This document shows, piece by piece, positions 10,920-24,010 of a stretch of DNA of 64,000 nt (its first letter is position 1; every line of letters begins with the position of its first letter). The notes beneath the pieces are model-generated. The model searched no databases. It worked only from the letters and a program-made list of their open reading frames with translations, and was not told the origin of the DNA. The translations under genes were made by a program, and so were the position numbers. The DNA comes from Octopus sinensis (lineage: Eukaryota), in NCBI RefSeq assembly GCF_006345805.1, contig NC_043013.1, positions 31,496,001 to 31,560,000 on the forward strand, in the 5' to 3' direction.

Positions 10920-11830
10920 GTGGCGGGTGTGTTTGGAGAGAAGATTTGTTTCTCAAAGAGTCAAGATTGAGAAAACAACCTCTTTCGATTGCCGAAGGAC
11001 TCTAATCTTTGGGAAAACATTTCACAAAATGTTTGTAGGCTTTGTTTGTATATATGTGCAAGCGCTTTCAGTTATTAACTTTTTCAAGCAGGTGTTATGA
11101 TATAAGTTATTTTCAGTAACACGTTTGTTAACTATTTAGTTAACGGTTTAGTTTCGAACTCAGGAAACTTATGAAATATTCTTCTTTTGCCTTCTTTATT
11201 TATTTTATGAAGCAGAGAAATCTTAAATTTTCCTTGTGCACAGGTGTCTAAATGAGACATCCGATGTGGGGCAGGTAACTTAATAGAACAAGGACCAGCC
11301 AAAAAATTCAAGAATGGAAAAGAAGTGAGGATGAAAGCAAATATGAACTGTAAAACAAAAACCTGATGTATTGAATCACATGCCGACGATGCAACGAACG
11401 TTATATTGGTGAAACAAAAACGAAAGTAACCAACCGTGTAAATGTGCACATACATCAAATAAAACATGCCGCACTTAGATGCATACCATGTAGCTATCAT
11501 TTGGACGCCTGTACACCAGGAGAACTTACAATTTTCGCTCTTCATAAAAGGAATTATGAGAATGACCTTCTCCGGAAGGTAATAGAAGAATATTTCGTAA
11601 GATTTCTGAGTCCGAAACTATACCGGAAAGAGTCAACGACTATTTTACTGAAAAGAACTACCACTATATATAATAACATGTGATTGAAAACGTTAAGAAC
11701 TGAAAGCGCTTGGACATCTATAAAAGCAAAGCCCACACATATTTTGTGAAATCTCTTCCCAAAGGTTAGTGTCCTTCGGCTTTCTAAAAAGTTTCTTTTC
11801 TCAATCTTTCAGAAAAAATCTTCCCTACAA
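10920..11830 (+). mobile_element. Penelope-like element 3' fragment with an inverted copy of its 3' region upstream
   Basis: About 10935-11105 is the degenerate reverse complement of about 11680-11830 (aagcgctttcagttattaac vs gttaagaactgaaagcgctt). A GIY-YIG coding relic lies between them. Confidence 0.8.
11290..11625 (+). pseudogene. PLE GIY-YIG endonuclease relic (Neptune-like, Cys-rich linker)
   Basis: MNCK(frameshift)NLMY*ITCRRCNERYIGETKTKVTNRVNVHIHQIKHAALRCIPCSYHLDAC...RKVIEEYFVRFLSPKLY. YIGET at 11402-11416. One stop and one frameshift. Confidence 0.85.
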
Positions 11831-11884
11831 ATATTATAACTGCGCCAAGGAATTTCCAAAACACTCTAAATTATATATTACTAT

Positions 11885-12420
11885 TTTACTCCTTTACTTT
11901 TTTTCAATCATGTGACTGTGACCATGCTGGATTACCCAGCTAAAAATGGAAACCCACATAACGCCATATTCGAAATATTAAGAATAATCCTAGTAAAAGG
12001 TAAATTATACCTGACTCCTTTAATATCTCGAATATCCTGAGCACCACAATAAAAATGAATAATATTTCCCCCACATAAAAAAAACAAATCGAGCAAATCG
12101 ACTCCAGGATTTAATCTTTGTAACCCTAGTACTTATTCTACCAGTCTCTTTTGAGGAGCCGCTAAGTTACGGGGACATAAACACACCAGCATCCGCTGTC
12201 AAGCGATGTTCGGGGGACAAATACAGACACACAAACATATAAACACACATACATACATATATACATATATACGACGAGCTTCTTTCAGTTACCGTCTACC
12301 AAATCCACACACAAGGCTTAGGTTGGCCCGAGGGTATAGTAGAAGACACATGCCCAAGGTGCCGCTTAGTGGGACTGAACCCGGAACCATGTGGTTCGTA
12401 AGCAAGCTACTTACCACCCA

Positions 12421-12423
<3 letters not shown>
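11885..12423 (-). mobile_element. SINE family A, tail interrupted by a ~140-bp insertion
   Basis: Head at about 12270-12423. Tail split around 11940-12085. Confidence 0.75.
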
Positions 12424-12469
<46 letters not shown>

Positions 12470-13348
12470 TTATATAATTAGATAGATAGAAAGATAGATG
12501 TAAATATGTGTGGGGGCGTATGCATGTATATGTATATGTACGAATGTATCTGTGTAAGAATATATGTTTGTATACATATACTCATATGTGCGTGTAGTGG
12601 TATATATCGTGTTTGTGTGTGTGTTCATTTGTGTGCGAATTTTTATCTGTTCCTCTATGTTCGTATATCTAACAAAAACATAATTCATCAAAAGTGTTTA
12701 TTTTTATATACCAAACACGAACACGAAAAGAGAAAATCTTTAAATAAAAGCCGATACACATTAACATTCCAAAACCCTTTTTGGTGTTATTGAAGCGTGT
12801 GGCAGCATTTTTGAATAGAAACGTTATTTATAGCAAATTGTCATTAAATGCATGATGCACTTTAACAAAAGTATATTCCTTCATATTAGTAGCCTTTAAA
12901 AGCGTGGCGTGAATTTGTCTGTTATTCTAGTGTTACGCCCTTCAAAAAATATTTCCTGAATTATGCCCTATATAGCAATAAATAGATAATCTGAACGGAT
13001 GGATTGAGGGAGAATTAACTTGCACAATTTTATGAATTTTCTTTAAAATATGAAAATTATTGAAGAAAAATTCACGTTACACTGTTTGGTACTTCTAGTT
13101 TAGTCTAAATATTTTATTGTAAATTTCACATTTGACTGCGTGCGCATGAGTGTGTTTATGTGTGCTTATGTGTGTGTGTTTCTTGGTGTGTGTATGTGTG
13201 TTTGTGCGTATGCCTGATGGTGTGTTTGTGTGCTTGCATAAAATATTCCTGCCAGGTAACGATTTCGCGTCTACAGTCGAGGATGAAAGCGTACGGGATC
13301 CGTGAAATTGACATTATTAACCTATTGTTTAAGACGACGATGCATACA

Positions 13349-13424
<76 letters not shown>

Positions 13425-13435
13425 ATATATATATA

Positions 13436-13466
<31 letters not shown>

Positions 13467-13627
13467 GAGAGAGAGAGGGGGGATCAGATATATAGATAGG
13501 TAGATAGATATATAGAGATGAAACTTACTTGGAAATGTATGCGTGGTATTCGATCATATAATGATAACATAAATAATATATAAATATATGTAATATATAC
13601 CTACATATATTTACATACCTACATATA

Positions 13628-13671
<44 letters not shown>

Positions 13672-13689
13672 AATATATATATATATGGA

Positions 13690-13885
13690 GAGTTTACGAA
13701 AAAATAAAAGTCGAAGGCAGGTGGTGTACAAAACAAACAGACGTATTAGTATAATAATTATAATTTTCATAAATAGAAAAAGTATCCTACGTTTCGAGCC
13801 TTCTCTCTTCTACAGAAAGGGACACAGTAAAAAACAAAGAGAGAAACAAGGAGAGAAAAAATGTGTGTAGTGTCTAACGATCTAT
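13690..13885 (-). mobile_element. (TA)n-associated element with a hammerhead-like motif (core CUGUAGA, A6U) at 13782-13825
   Basis: Minus strand: GUGUCCCUUU-CUGUAGA-A-GAG..CUC-GAAAC-GUA-GGAUAC. Same family as 27195-27335 (shared ccacctgccttcg, atactaatac). Confidence 0.55.
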
Positions 13886-13924
13886 CATGGCGACTGACTC
13901 ATATATACATATATATATATATAT

Positions 13925-13983
<59 letters not shown>

Positions 13984-14234
13984 ACATATATATATAATAT
14001 AATATAATACTATATATGTATTATCTTATATGATCTTTAATAGCATACAGCTGTTTATAGTTGAGTGCCTAAATTAATATCTTATTTTGTCATCGCGGCG
14101 TCATATATGAAGTGAAATTTATTTGGGAAAACTAATAAATTTAACCATTTACAGTAATCTCTCACCATATTGCGGTTCACCTATCAAAATATAATTATTA
14201 AAAAAAAAAGATATATATATGTGTGTGCGCGGCG

Positions 14235-14810
14235 ATGGGGGGTACAGGACGTCACCAACTATAGAAACAACATGAAGTACGTAGACAAACGAGTTAAATA
14301 CGCAAAAAAAAACAGAGTGAAAAAATGAAAAACAGGACAAGTAACACGTGACCATCGTCTATCTTTTCCTCACGAGACCAATTTTCTTTTCCTGCACGAC
14401 ATTCTAAGGACTGGACGTCTTCTATCTATCTATCTCATCTATCATTTCTCATTTCAGAGAAAATATTTCTCCCAGCGTTCACTAATTTCCTATCGTTCTG
14501 GAGTAATGACCCTCCTTGTTTGCTTTTCGTTCGGTTTCCTTGTATTTCTCCATTGTCCTATTTTTGCCCCCAACCTTGACCCTTCGTAAACCCTATATTT
14601 TATTTTGGCATTTATAGTAGCAACTGTCTTCGAAGACTCATATTGTCGTTGACTGGTCAAAATGAGGAGTACATAGACAACCGACGAATAATGCAGGGTC
14701 GTTCTCCGCGTTACTTTTCCTGTTATGAATTTTCTCTCGTTGTTTTTGTACTCAACTCGTTTATTTTCGTACTTCATGTTGTTTACACAGTTGATGTCGT
14801 CCTCTACCAA
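14235..14810. repeat. Degenerate inverted repeat pair (~110 bp arms) flanked by TA/TG tracts
   Basis: caactatagaaacaacatgaagtacg...aaacgagtt (about 14256-14292) vs aactcgttt...cgtacttcatgttgtttacacagttg (about 14754-14792). Confidence 0.7.
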
Positions 14811-14817
14811 TATATGC

Positions 14818-14871
<54 letters not shown>

Positions 14872-14994
14872 ATGTGTGTGTGTGTATGTGTAAACGTATG
14901 TATGTTTGTATGTATATATTTAGATATACAAAGTGATTTATGATAGTCTACGATTCGGCGTCTATTTTCAGCATACACATAGTCTTTTCTATGC

Positions 14995-15595
14995 TCTTAA
15001 TTATAATTGCATTTCACACTATTATAAATCTCTATATATGAATTCACCTTAATAGGTCTATATAATATGCTGGCCACTGATGATATCTTAAACGGTTTTA
15101 TCCTTTATTACTATTATAATTGAAAAGTATTCCATTCACTTCGGGGCAGTCTTGTCACGTCTGCACTCCTCTGACCATATTCCCACGTGTTGAGGTAGAC
15201 TGCGAAATTTGTGGCGGATTTATTTGTGGTACTTTTATGTAACCATAGTTTTGCGTTTGCTTTTCTGTGGGTATGTATAAGTATCTCATTTATTTCCTTA
15301 TGTGTGTCTTGCTGATGAGGAAAAGTTATTGGACTAATCCAGAAATTTATCAATTGAAGACTAACTAATTTATGAATTTCTGCGGGCCAACCTCCTCGAT
15401 TGCAACTGGTTGTGTACTGTAAAAGTGAGAATGTTTAAGTGGTTTGACGATTCCGCATCTATTTTTGCCATGGATATAGTCTCTCAATGCCCTTGTTTAT
15501 AATTGCATTTTATACAATTATAAATCTCAGTATATGAATTCACGTTAATAGATCTACATTATATGCTGGACAATGATAAAATCTTTAAGTATGCT
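14995..15595 (+). repeat. Old direct repeat with ~497-bp period and a degenerate hammerhead at 15306-15361
   Basis: tataattgcattt..ataaatctc..tatatgaattcac..taata..atatgctgg occurs at about 15001 and 15498. GUCUUG-CUGAUGA-GGA..UCCA-GAAA-UUUAUCAAUU-GAAGAC. Confidence 0.5.
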
Positions 15596-15623
15596 TTATT
15601 ATTAGTATTATTACTATTGTTAT

Positions 15624-16092
15624 TGAGTGAGAGAGCAGCGCATGTCATCAAAGTGAAACTGGGGTAAAATATACGAAGTCCAGTATACCCATCATGACTA
15701 CCCGTCTGATAAGGGTACACCAAGCACACACATCACAACCATATGTGCGCGACATGGTGATCTCTTATCAAGATAATCAGTACATGAGTTTGCAGGTGGG
15801 GCCCAGTTAGAATTTCTTCTGGTCGAGTAACCCATTCCGCTCAAAAGGTCCCTGAATAAGGGTTGTTTAAAGATGTTGAACGAAACACCCATGTTTCCAA
15901 AAGTGAATTATCCAAACCACAAAGAATCCCTCTCAACACATGGCTATGATGCTCCCCCACTACTTCTGCTCATGATCAGAGATGCACATATCGTCAACCA
16001 CTAAGGGAGATGCTCAACTGTTTAAGGTCAAACAACTGACATGCAAATGTGTGGCATTGAGCAGAATATTTGCTGTAGCCCATCTTTTATAC
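15624..16092 (-). mobile_element. ~550-bp interspersed repeat flanked by (AAT)n (copy 1, truncated)
   Basis: Reverse complement of about 24810-25284. Confidence 0.85.
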
Positions 16093-16133
16093 TACTACTA
16101 CTACTATTATTATTATTTTTATTATCTTTATTA

Positions 16134-16197
<64 letters not shown>

Positions 16198-16310
16198 ATA
16201 CAATCGTCAATAAATGTGTCTAGTGGTGCCAAGAAATCTACAATGCTAGAAATAGGAGTAAAAAAAAACATCCTGGTATTATAGGGAGAGCGCTGCTGTA
16301 TACAATTTTG

Positions 16311-16364
16311 CTCTCACTGACGAAGAGTACAGAAATACGCGAAACCAGTCGTTTAGTCTGAGAG
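16311..16364 (+). ncRNA. Type I hammerhead ribozyme, near-intact
   Basis: Stem I CUCUCA/UGAGAG. CUGACGA 16317-16323 plus an extra A. Stem II GAGUA/UACGC (1 mismatch). GAAA 16341-16344. Stem III ACCAG/UUAGU (1 mismatch). Cleavage after GUC (16358). Confidence 0.75.
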
Positions 16365-17047
16365 ATACTCGATTCGGTCATGGGGCGATTTTCTTCCCAT
16401 ATCACCGTATGTGTATACATTTGCGCTCTTCCTTCAGGAGTATTGTACTGAAGTGGCATTTATTAAATCGAAGGAATGAATGGCACAGTGGACCTCGAAT
16501 CATTCGAACTCAGAACGAAAAGCCAGAAGAGAAGATACTAAGCATTTTGTCTGACCTGTTAACGACTCTTCTCAGCAACCCGAATTCCACTCCAGAAAAT
16601 AAAAACAATTCATGTTGGTGGTATAGATTTAATATTTGTCTAATGCATTCTAGATACGAACAGTATTGTTCTCGAAGAAAACTTTCTACTTCAAATATAG
16701 TTATCTCCAATTCTCGTGACAAGTTATAATTAAGTGGATATTTATCATATATGAATGCCTTGCAATAAGGACAATGCGGTAAATGTTGTTTAGTTAATTA
16801 CATTATATGGGAAAACTTCAAAATACCTATATTTCACAAAGCAGGAATATAAATGTGCACATATATGTTTCAGGAAAGTATCGACTAATTCTTTGTATTC
16901 GTCTATGTATTATTTATTAATTTACATTTCAAAGTTTAAATTCGAAATATTTCCAAGAAAATCAATAACAGTATTGTTTGTGAATTTCAGCATATAATTT
17001 CACATTTAATACTACAAAAATCGATACCTACACACACACACACACAC

Positions 17048-17081
<34 letters not shown>

Positions 17082-17101
17082 CATGCGCAGCAGTGGGTAT
17101 A

Positions 17102-17435
17102 TGTGCAGGAGTGTTTGTATGGTTAGTAGCTTGCTTACCAACCACATGGTTCCGGGTTCAGTACCCCATGCGTGGCGTCTTCTACTATTCCCTAGGGCCG
17201 ACCAAAGCCTTGTGAATGGATTTGGCTGACGGAAACTTGTGTATGTGTGTGTGTGTGTGTCCGTGTGTGTGTCCGTGTGTGTTTGTGTGTATAAATGTGT
17301 TTGTGTGTCTGTTTTTGTCCTCCACCTTCGACTGTGAACCGGTTCGTCAAAAGAGACCGATAGCATAAGTACTAAGCTTACAAAGAATAATTCCTGGTGT
17401 TAATTTGTTCGACTAAAGGCGGTTTTCCAGCATGG
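17102..17435 (+). mobile_element. SINE family A
   Basis: gtgcaggagtg..gtagcttgcttaccaaccacatggttccgggttcag head plus the family tail. Confidence 0.8.
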
Positions 17436-18082
17436 CCGCTGACTATTGACTGAATCAAGAAATTAAAGTAAAAGGGAAAGAATATATACACACACATACA
17501 CACAAACACCTGCAGGTATATGTATACAGTAATGTACATATTTACTCACGCATACACACACATCACATACACAAACACATACTCACGCACAAATACACAC
17601 ACATGTGTATGTACATGCACGCTCACCCATATTTATTTCACGTGTGAATTTATGAAACTATAAATATATGTATGCACATCTATCAATCAATTAATTACCT
17701 ATCTATCGATATATATATGCGCGCACGTGTATGGAGTGAGGCACACACACGCACATGCACATACAAGCACACACACGTATATATATACATATATATATAA
17801 ATGTATAAGCAATCCGCATGAACCAAATACATGAATTATTCAGGCTCCCGAAGCATATGTAGACGCGAATGTATATATGCATATCGTATATCGATATAAA
17901 TACTCAAAATATGTAATTATCTTCATGGGCCTTAATATAAATATTTTTTCCTCCAATGATTTTTTATGAATAGTTATTTTAGGCTATGTATGCGGTAATT
18001 TTCTGACTGCAGTTCACTTTCCACTCTCTATAAACCTGATACATTATGATACATACACATCTATCTATATTTCTATGCATAC

Positions 18083-18139
<57 letters not shown>

Positions 18140-18537
18140 TATATATATATAATGCCCTTAGCTTAGACCTTTTAGCTGCTACCAGATTTGAACACTCTCA
18201 AGTATAACTGCTAGAAACTCTAAGGAGAGTCTAGATACTTGACTGAGAAAGCTACGAATGATCCGTCCTTGGTTTTTCTTTTCCTGTCCCACTATATCTT
18301 GCGTTTGCTGTCCGACCTTGTATATACTTGAGACTGTTCAAATCTGGTAGTGGCCCAAATGTCTAAGCTAATGGCATTAGATTGTTCGTGGGAAAGAAAG
18401 CGAATCTGTACGGCAACGAAGACAAAAAACGGAGAACATTTACACAATTACAAATGCAAACAACAAGAAAATAACAGATGTGAATCGACTAAAAACAATC
18501 GAATGAAACTGAGCTGGCCTGCAGAGAGTGAGTGAGT

Positions 18538-18579
<42 letters not shown>

Positions 18580-18809
18580 TATATATATATATATATATAT
18601 ATACCTCTTCCATGCTCGTGCTCTGGGCTCCCCTATTTGAGTAGATTACTACACTTATGAGGGGGATGCTTGAAAAAGGGCTGATGCGCTACTTGTGGGG
18701 CAACGGCCATCGACAAGAATTATGCATTGAGAAACCACTCAAAATTTATTTGATACGAAAACATTATGAAAAACTATACGATACACACGATTATATATAT
18801 ATAACTACG

Positions 18810-18970
18810 TGTGGACTGTTGGTCATTTTCCCCCCGGCTTCCTTTTCTCTTGGATTTTCCTCTGTCTCCCGTTCCTGAAAAAGAGCTTTCTGTCCTTCCC
18901 TGAGCGTGTTTTAATATTTCGCATATACCACGTCCTCGCGTTGTTGTTTTGTTTCCTTGTGGTTTTTTCT
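18810..18970 (+). mobile_element. Fragment of the HHR-bearing family seen at 52720-52925; the ribozyme is internally deleted
   Basis: Shared ccacgtcctcgcgttgttg and ctgaaaaagagc (18875-18886). Confidence 0.6.
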
Positions 18971-19073
<103 letters not shown>

Positions 19074-19469
19074 ATATACTTACATGCATGTATATATGTA
19101 TATGTATGTACGCTTTAGGAACGCATGAAAAGCTGAGTCCTAAACACCACACTGTAGGTTGAATACTGTCCTTTGATAGTAGACAAATGTTACTATTTTA
19201 AAAATCGTTTAATACTCCTGTATTTGTCTGTGAGTTTATTTGAATGCATACGTGGATGTACGTACATGTAAACGTATGCAAAATACATGCATTTTTGTAT
19301 GTAAATGTAACTATGCTGTCAAAATGGAGTTACCACTGCATCTGCTTTATACATTTAGTTCTGTATGTTTCTTTGAATATTTAGGAAAAAGATGAAAGGA
19401 ATACTAGTATACTTTCTACTAGCTGCTAATTGTTAAGGCCACTTTTATACACATGTTCTTTTATTGTTT

Positions 19470-19790
19470 TATTCTTTTACTTGTTCAGTCTGTGTCTGAG
19501 GCAATGCTGAAGTATGGCTTTAGTCGAAGAAATCGACCCCAAGTAAACATACGCTTGTATGTCTACTACTTATCATCCTAAGTTACTGTGAAGTAAAAAA
19601 ATCGGTTGCGAAGCGATAGTTCGAGGTGGGAAAACACAGACACAAATAGTTTTTATCTAGCAAACCAACTCACAGGGATTAGGTAGGCTCGAGGCTATAG
19701 TAGAATACACTGGCCGAAGGAGGCATGCAGTGTGACGGAACTCGGAACCAAGTAGTTAATAATTAAGTTATATACCACACAGCCACTTTG
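19470..19790 (-). mobile_element. Degenerate SINE family A
   Basis: ttttacttgttcagtc..ggctttagtcgaagaaatcgacccc tail and cgaggctatagtagaatacac head remnants. Confidence 0.6.
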
Positions 19791-19796
19791 TATATT

Positions 19797-19861
<65 letters not shown>

Positions 19862-19977
19862 TGCATCTATCCATCTATCTACCAAATATATATTATACGT
19901 ATATAATATATATATATTATATATATATACATAGATATATATATACACACACACACACAACATATTATAATATTAGA

Positions 19978-20018
<41 letters not shown>

Positions 20019-20129
20019 CATGTATGTAAGTATATAAATATATGTATATATATACAATTAGATAGATGGATGGATAAATACACACACATATATATAGTCA
20101 CATAAATATATATATTCATATTCTCTTTT

Positions 20130-20527
20130 ACACTTTTACTCTTTTATTTGTTTCAGTCATTTGACTGCGGCCATGCTGGAGCACCGCCTTTAGTCGAGCA
20201 AATCGACCCCGGGACTTATTCTTTGTGAGCCCAGAACTTATTCTATCGGTCTCTTTTGCCGAACCGCTAAGTGACGGGTAAGTAAACACACCATCATCGG
20301 TTTCAAGCAATGGTAGGGGGACAAACACAGACACACAAACATATACACACACACTTATATAAATATACATATATACGACAGGCTTCTTTCAGTTTCCGTC
20401 TACCAAATCCGCTCACAAGGCATTGGTCGGCCCGGGGCTATAGCAGAAGACACTTGCCCAAGGTGCCACACAGTGGGACTGAACCCGAACCATGTGGTGT
20501 TATCAAACTACTTACCACACAGCCACT
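20130..20527 (-). mobile_element. SINE family A, full length
   Basis: Reverse complement of the 37981-38392 type. Confidence 0.88.
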
Positions 20528-20563
20528 CCATATATTATATATATATATATACTATATATAATA

Positions 20564-20652
<89 letters not shown>

Positions 20653-20653
20653 C

Positions 20654-20685
<32 letters not shown>

Positions 20686-20796
20686 TATATTATATATATA
20701 ATTCATATATAAATGGAATGTTAAGATAATAATTATTTATTATTCAAAAAATGGTGATCTTTACTTCTTACACCCGTTTCTATTAGTGTTCTATCG

Positions 20797-23700
20797 TATC
20801 TAGATAGGATACTGTGTAGGACAGTAGACAAGGATAACTTAGGATGTCCACAATTCCACACAGTCAGCTACACGGATCACAAATTGGTGACGTGTACGCT
20901 AGACTTAGATAAGGCACATAGACAGGGTCCTGGGTACTGGAAACTGAACGCATCATTCCCGTCCAGACAAGTTTTCAGAGACCGGATTAGCACACTAGTA
21001 AAGAGGGCTTTGACGGGAGCCATCATCAACAACAAATGGTGGTTTGCCCTCAAGAGAGCAGTAAAAGCAGAAGCGATTAGGTACAGCAAAGCACTAGCCA
21101 TAGATAGAAATAGAGTAGAGGGTGAGCTAGTTAAGAAGCTAGAAGAGGCAATTAGAAGCGGCATCGCATCCGACGTTTTGGCGGCGAGGTTGGCCCTCGA
21201 CCAACACTTCAACGCCAAACACGAAGGATGCTGTCAGCTAGGATGCGTGCTCTAAGGAACGAAGGTGTTGGAGCCGCGAGAGAGGCCCGGGTGGCAGAGG
21301 CGCAACAGGGCAACAAAGCCACCATTCGGTCACTGGTAGATGAACAGGGGCGCGAATTGCTCGAGCCAAGTAAAATGTTGAGGCCTTTCAGCAGCATTTT
21401 GCCCGACTGTTCGGGACGAGTGGAGGGCAAGAACGTAGGGTAACTTCAGTGCCTACCTACATAGCCTGCCACGACTCTCGACAAGAAAGGCAGGGTGCTG
21501 CGAAGGTGCCATCACGGCGGCGGAAGTGCGGGAAGCGATGGCAGAATGCTCGAGGGACAAATCACCGGGTTTGGATGGTCTACCCTACGAATTTTACTAT
21601 TGTATGTCAGACTTGTTTGGAGACGTCTTGGCAGCGGTATACTGCAACTGGCAGCAAACCGGGAGCATACCCGGTTTTGTGAGTCGAGGAGCTGTAACTC
21701 TGCTGAAGAAAGATCCAAACAAGAGAAACATTATACATAACTTTAGGCCAATCACTCTGCTCAATGCAGACCTGAAAATTTTGACAAAGGTGTTAGCCAA
21801 GAGGTTGGCGCTTGTCATGGAGAAACTGGTCGACAACGCACAAACGTGCGCCGTGCCGGGCCGGAGCATCCATGACAACCTCCATCTGATGCGCTACATC
21901 ATAGACAGGGTAGTTAACGAACCTGGCATGGGTGGGGCCCTGATCAACTTGGATCAATCGAAAGCCTTTGATAGGGTAGACCATCGATACTTGGAGGCAA
22001 TCCTGAGAGCGGCTGGTTTCGGTCCCGTCTTCCGCGGCTGGATAGCTGCCTTGTACAGAGGCATCCGTTCGGTAATTCGCGTAAATGGACATCTATCGAG
22101 ACCCCTCGACATTGCACGTTCGGTCCGTCAGGGATGCCCCCTCTCGGCGCTTCTATACGTATTGACTCTTGAGCCACTACTGCGGAAGCTGGCGACTCTG
22201 AGGGGCATCCCGCGAGAATTAGGATGCGGGACGAGCGTGTCTGCATACGCGGACGACGTCACCGTCATAGTGTCAAGCTACGAGCACATCGAGCGGGTCG
22301 GCGAGACACTGAAAGACTACGAAGCGGTGACAGGAGCAAAAATCAACCGGGAAAAGTCAGTGGGCTTGCGGCTCGGCACCTGGAGAAGCAAGCCCATGCC
22401 GTCCACCAGTACCTCCGTCGTGGACGCTGGACAGACGGCCCGGTTGAGTTGCTCGGGTCTGGTTCGGTCCGGACCTCCAAATGGAGAAGAACTGGAACGA
22501 GATAACGAGTAGGGTGGTCACTCTCGCCCAGCAATGGGCCGAGAGGAAACTGTCCCTAAAAGGTCGGGCGGAGGTGGTGAACGCGTACATCGCGTCCATC
22601 ATCTACTACCGCCTGACCGTCGTACCTTGTCCCGACCCTACCATCACCAAACTAGAACGCATCCTCTTCCGCTTCTTGTGGAAAGGATGCGTCCCGATGG
22701 TCAGGCGATCCATTTGCTGTCAACACCCGTTAAAAGGAGGGCTGGGCATGCCGTGGTTGATGATGCGCAGACACGCGCTGAGACTGCGACATCTCCGGCT
22801 CTATGTAGACGACGGTGAACAGGTGTGGTCGCCGTTTGTGAGGCACGCATTCCCGCAACTCGTCTCCATGACCGAACTACAGTCGTGGATCAAAAGAGGC
22901 CGAAGAAGGGCGAATGGCACCGCGAGTGTCGCGTTGCTCTCAAGCAACTCTGCCGTCCCGGGTCGACCTTGAGTGACTTCAACACAACCAAAGCATTCTA
23001 TAGGGGATTAGTGGAGGGGCGGTACGACGACGAGCTCGGGGCAAACCTGGACGAGGAATACCTGACCCGCCTGTTTCAAACGACTTTCGGCCCGGGACCT
23101 ATGGACAACTTCCAGAGATCCCTGGCCTGGCGGTGCTACCGAGAAGCGCTACCCGTTCGGGATAAGCTCTATAGGCATGGCTCGAGAAACACGGGGCCGA
23201 CCTGCCCGAGATGCGGGCAGAGCGACGAAACCGCTCTGCACGCAATCGTGCAGTGTCCAGCAATTTCCCACCTGTGGGCTTATGTCGAACGACTGCTGTC
23301 ACGTGTGGGACGTGTCGGTTTATCAGCCGAGTCTATCGTTAATATCGTCACGCCTCCTTCCTTCAAACGGGAAGGAAGAGCTATTTTTATCATACTTGTG
23401 GCTATGGCGAAAGAATGTATCTGGTGGACGCGTCTGAAGGATTAGAGACAAACACTTTCCTCTCTGGTCAATCTCTCATCAACTTCTTCAAGTATCACTT
23501 GAAGAAAAAAGTGAGAGTAAGAGGCAAGTTTTGTCTAGTGAATGTTTTAAAAAAAGATGGGTGAATGTAGCAAGGATGGCACGTATGAATGACGAAGCCA
23601 CCTTGACTATGATTCTATGAACCGTAAAAATTAATACAGAGAGTTGCTTATTTGCAAAAAAAAAAAAGAAATATAACATGTGACTTCATTGACCGAGGTT

Positions 23701-24010
23701 ACCGTGGTCTTTTCCGTAGGCTTTTCTTTCCACGGGTAAACCTCACCTGTCCTCCCCTTTACACTTCATATTGACATTTCTGTGATAACGATCACTATTG
23801 ATCAATTTTTTTTTCCTCTCCCCCTTTTTTTTAACCCCCCTTTTTTTGTCCTCTTTCTCTCCTTTTACGATCCCTTTTGATCGACCCCCCTTTTTTATTT
23901 TATTTTATTTTTTATTTTATTATTATTATTATTATTATTTTTTTTTTTTTTTTTACCTTCAAAAGAATTTGTTCTATCTGTGTGCAGCCCTGTGTGGCTA
24001 ATAAAGAAAC
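20797..24010 (+). mobile_element. 5'-truncated L1/Tx1-type LINE: ORF2 (APE C-terminus, RT, C-terminal CCHC knuckle), frameshifted, with T-rich 3' UTR
   Basis: YTDHKLV..GPGYWKLNAS (APE end), KSPGLDGLP, FRPITLLNAD, LINLDQSKAFDRV, VRQGCPLS, YADD at 22246-22257, CPRCGQSDETALHAIVQC. Split over at least five reading-frame segments. aataaa near 24000. Confidence 0.93.

Noticed and set aside
18604-18745. Short L1/Tx1-like coding fragment (LEKGLMRYLWG..KPL)
   Set aside because: Only about 25 residues of weak resemblance to the LERILFRFLWKG region; insufficient.
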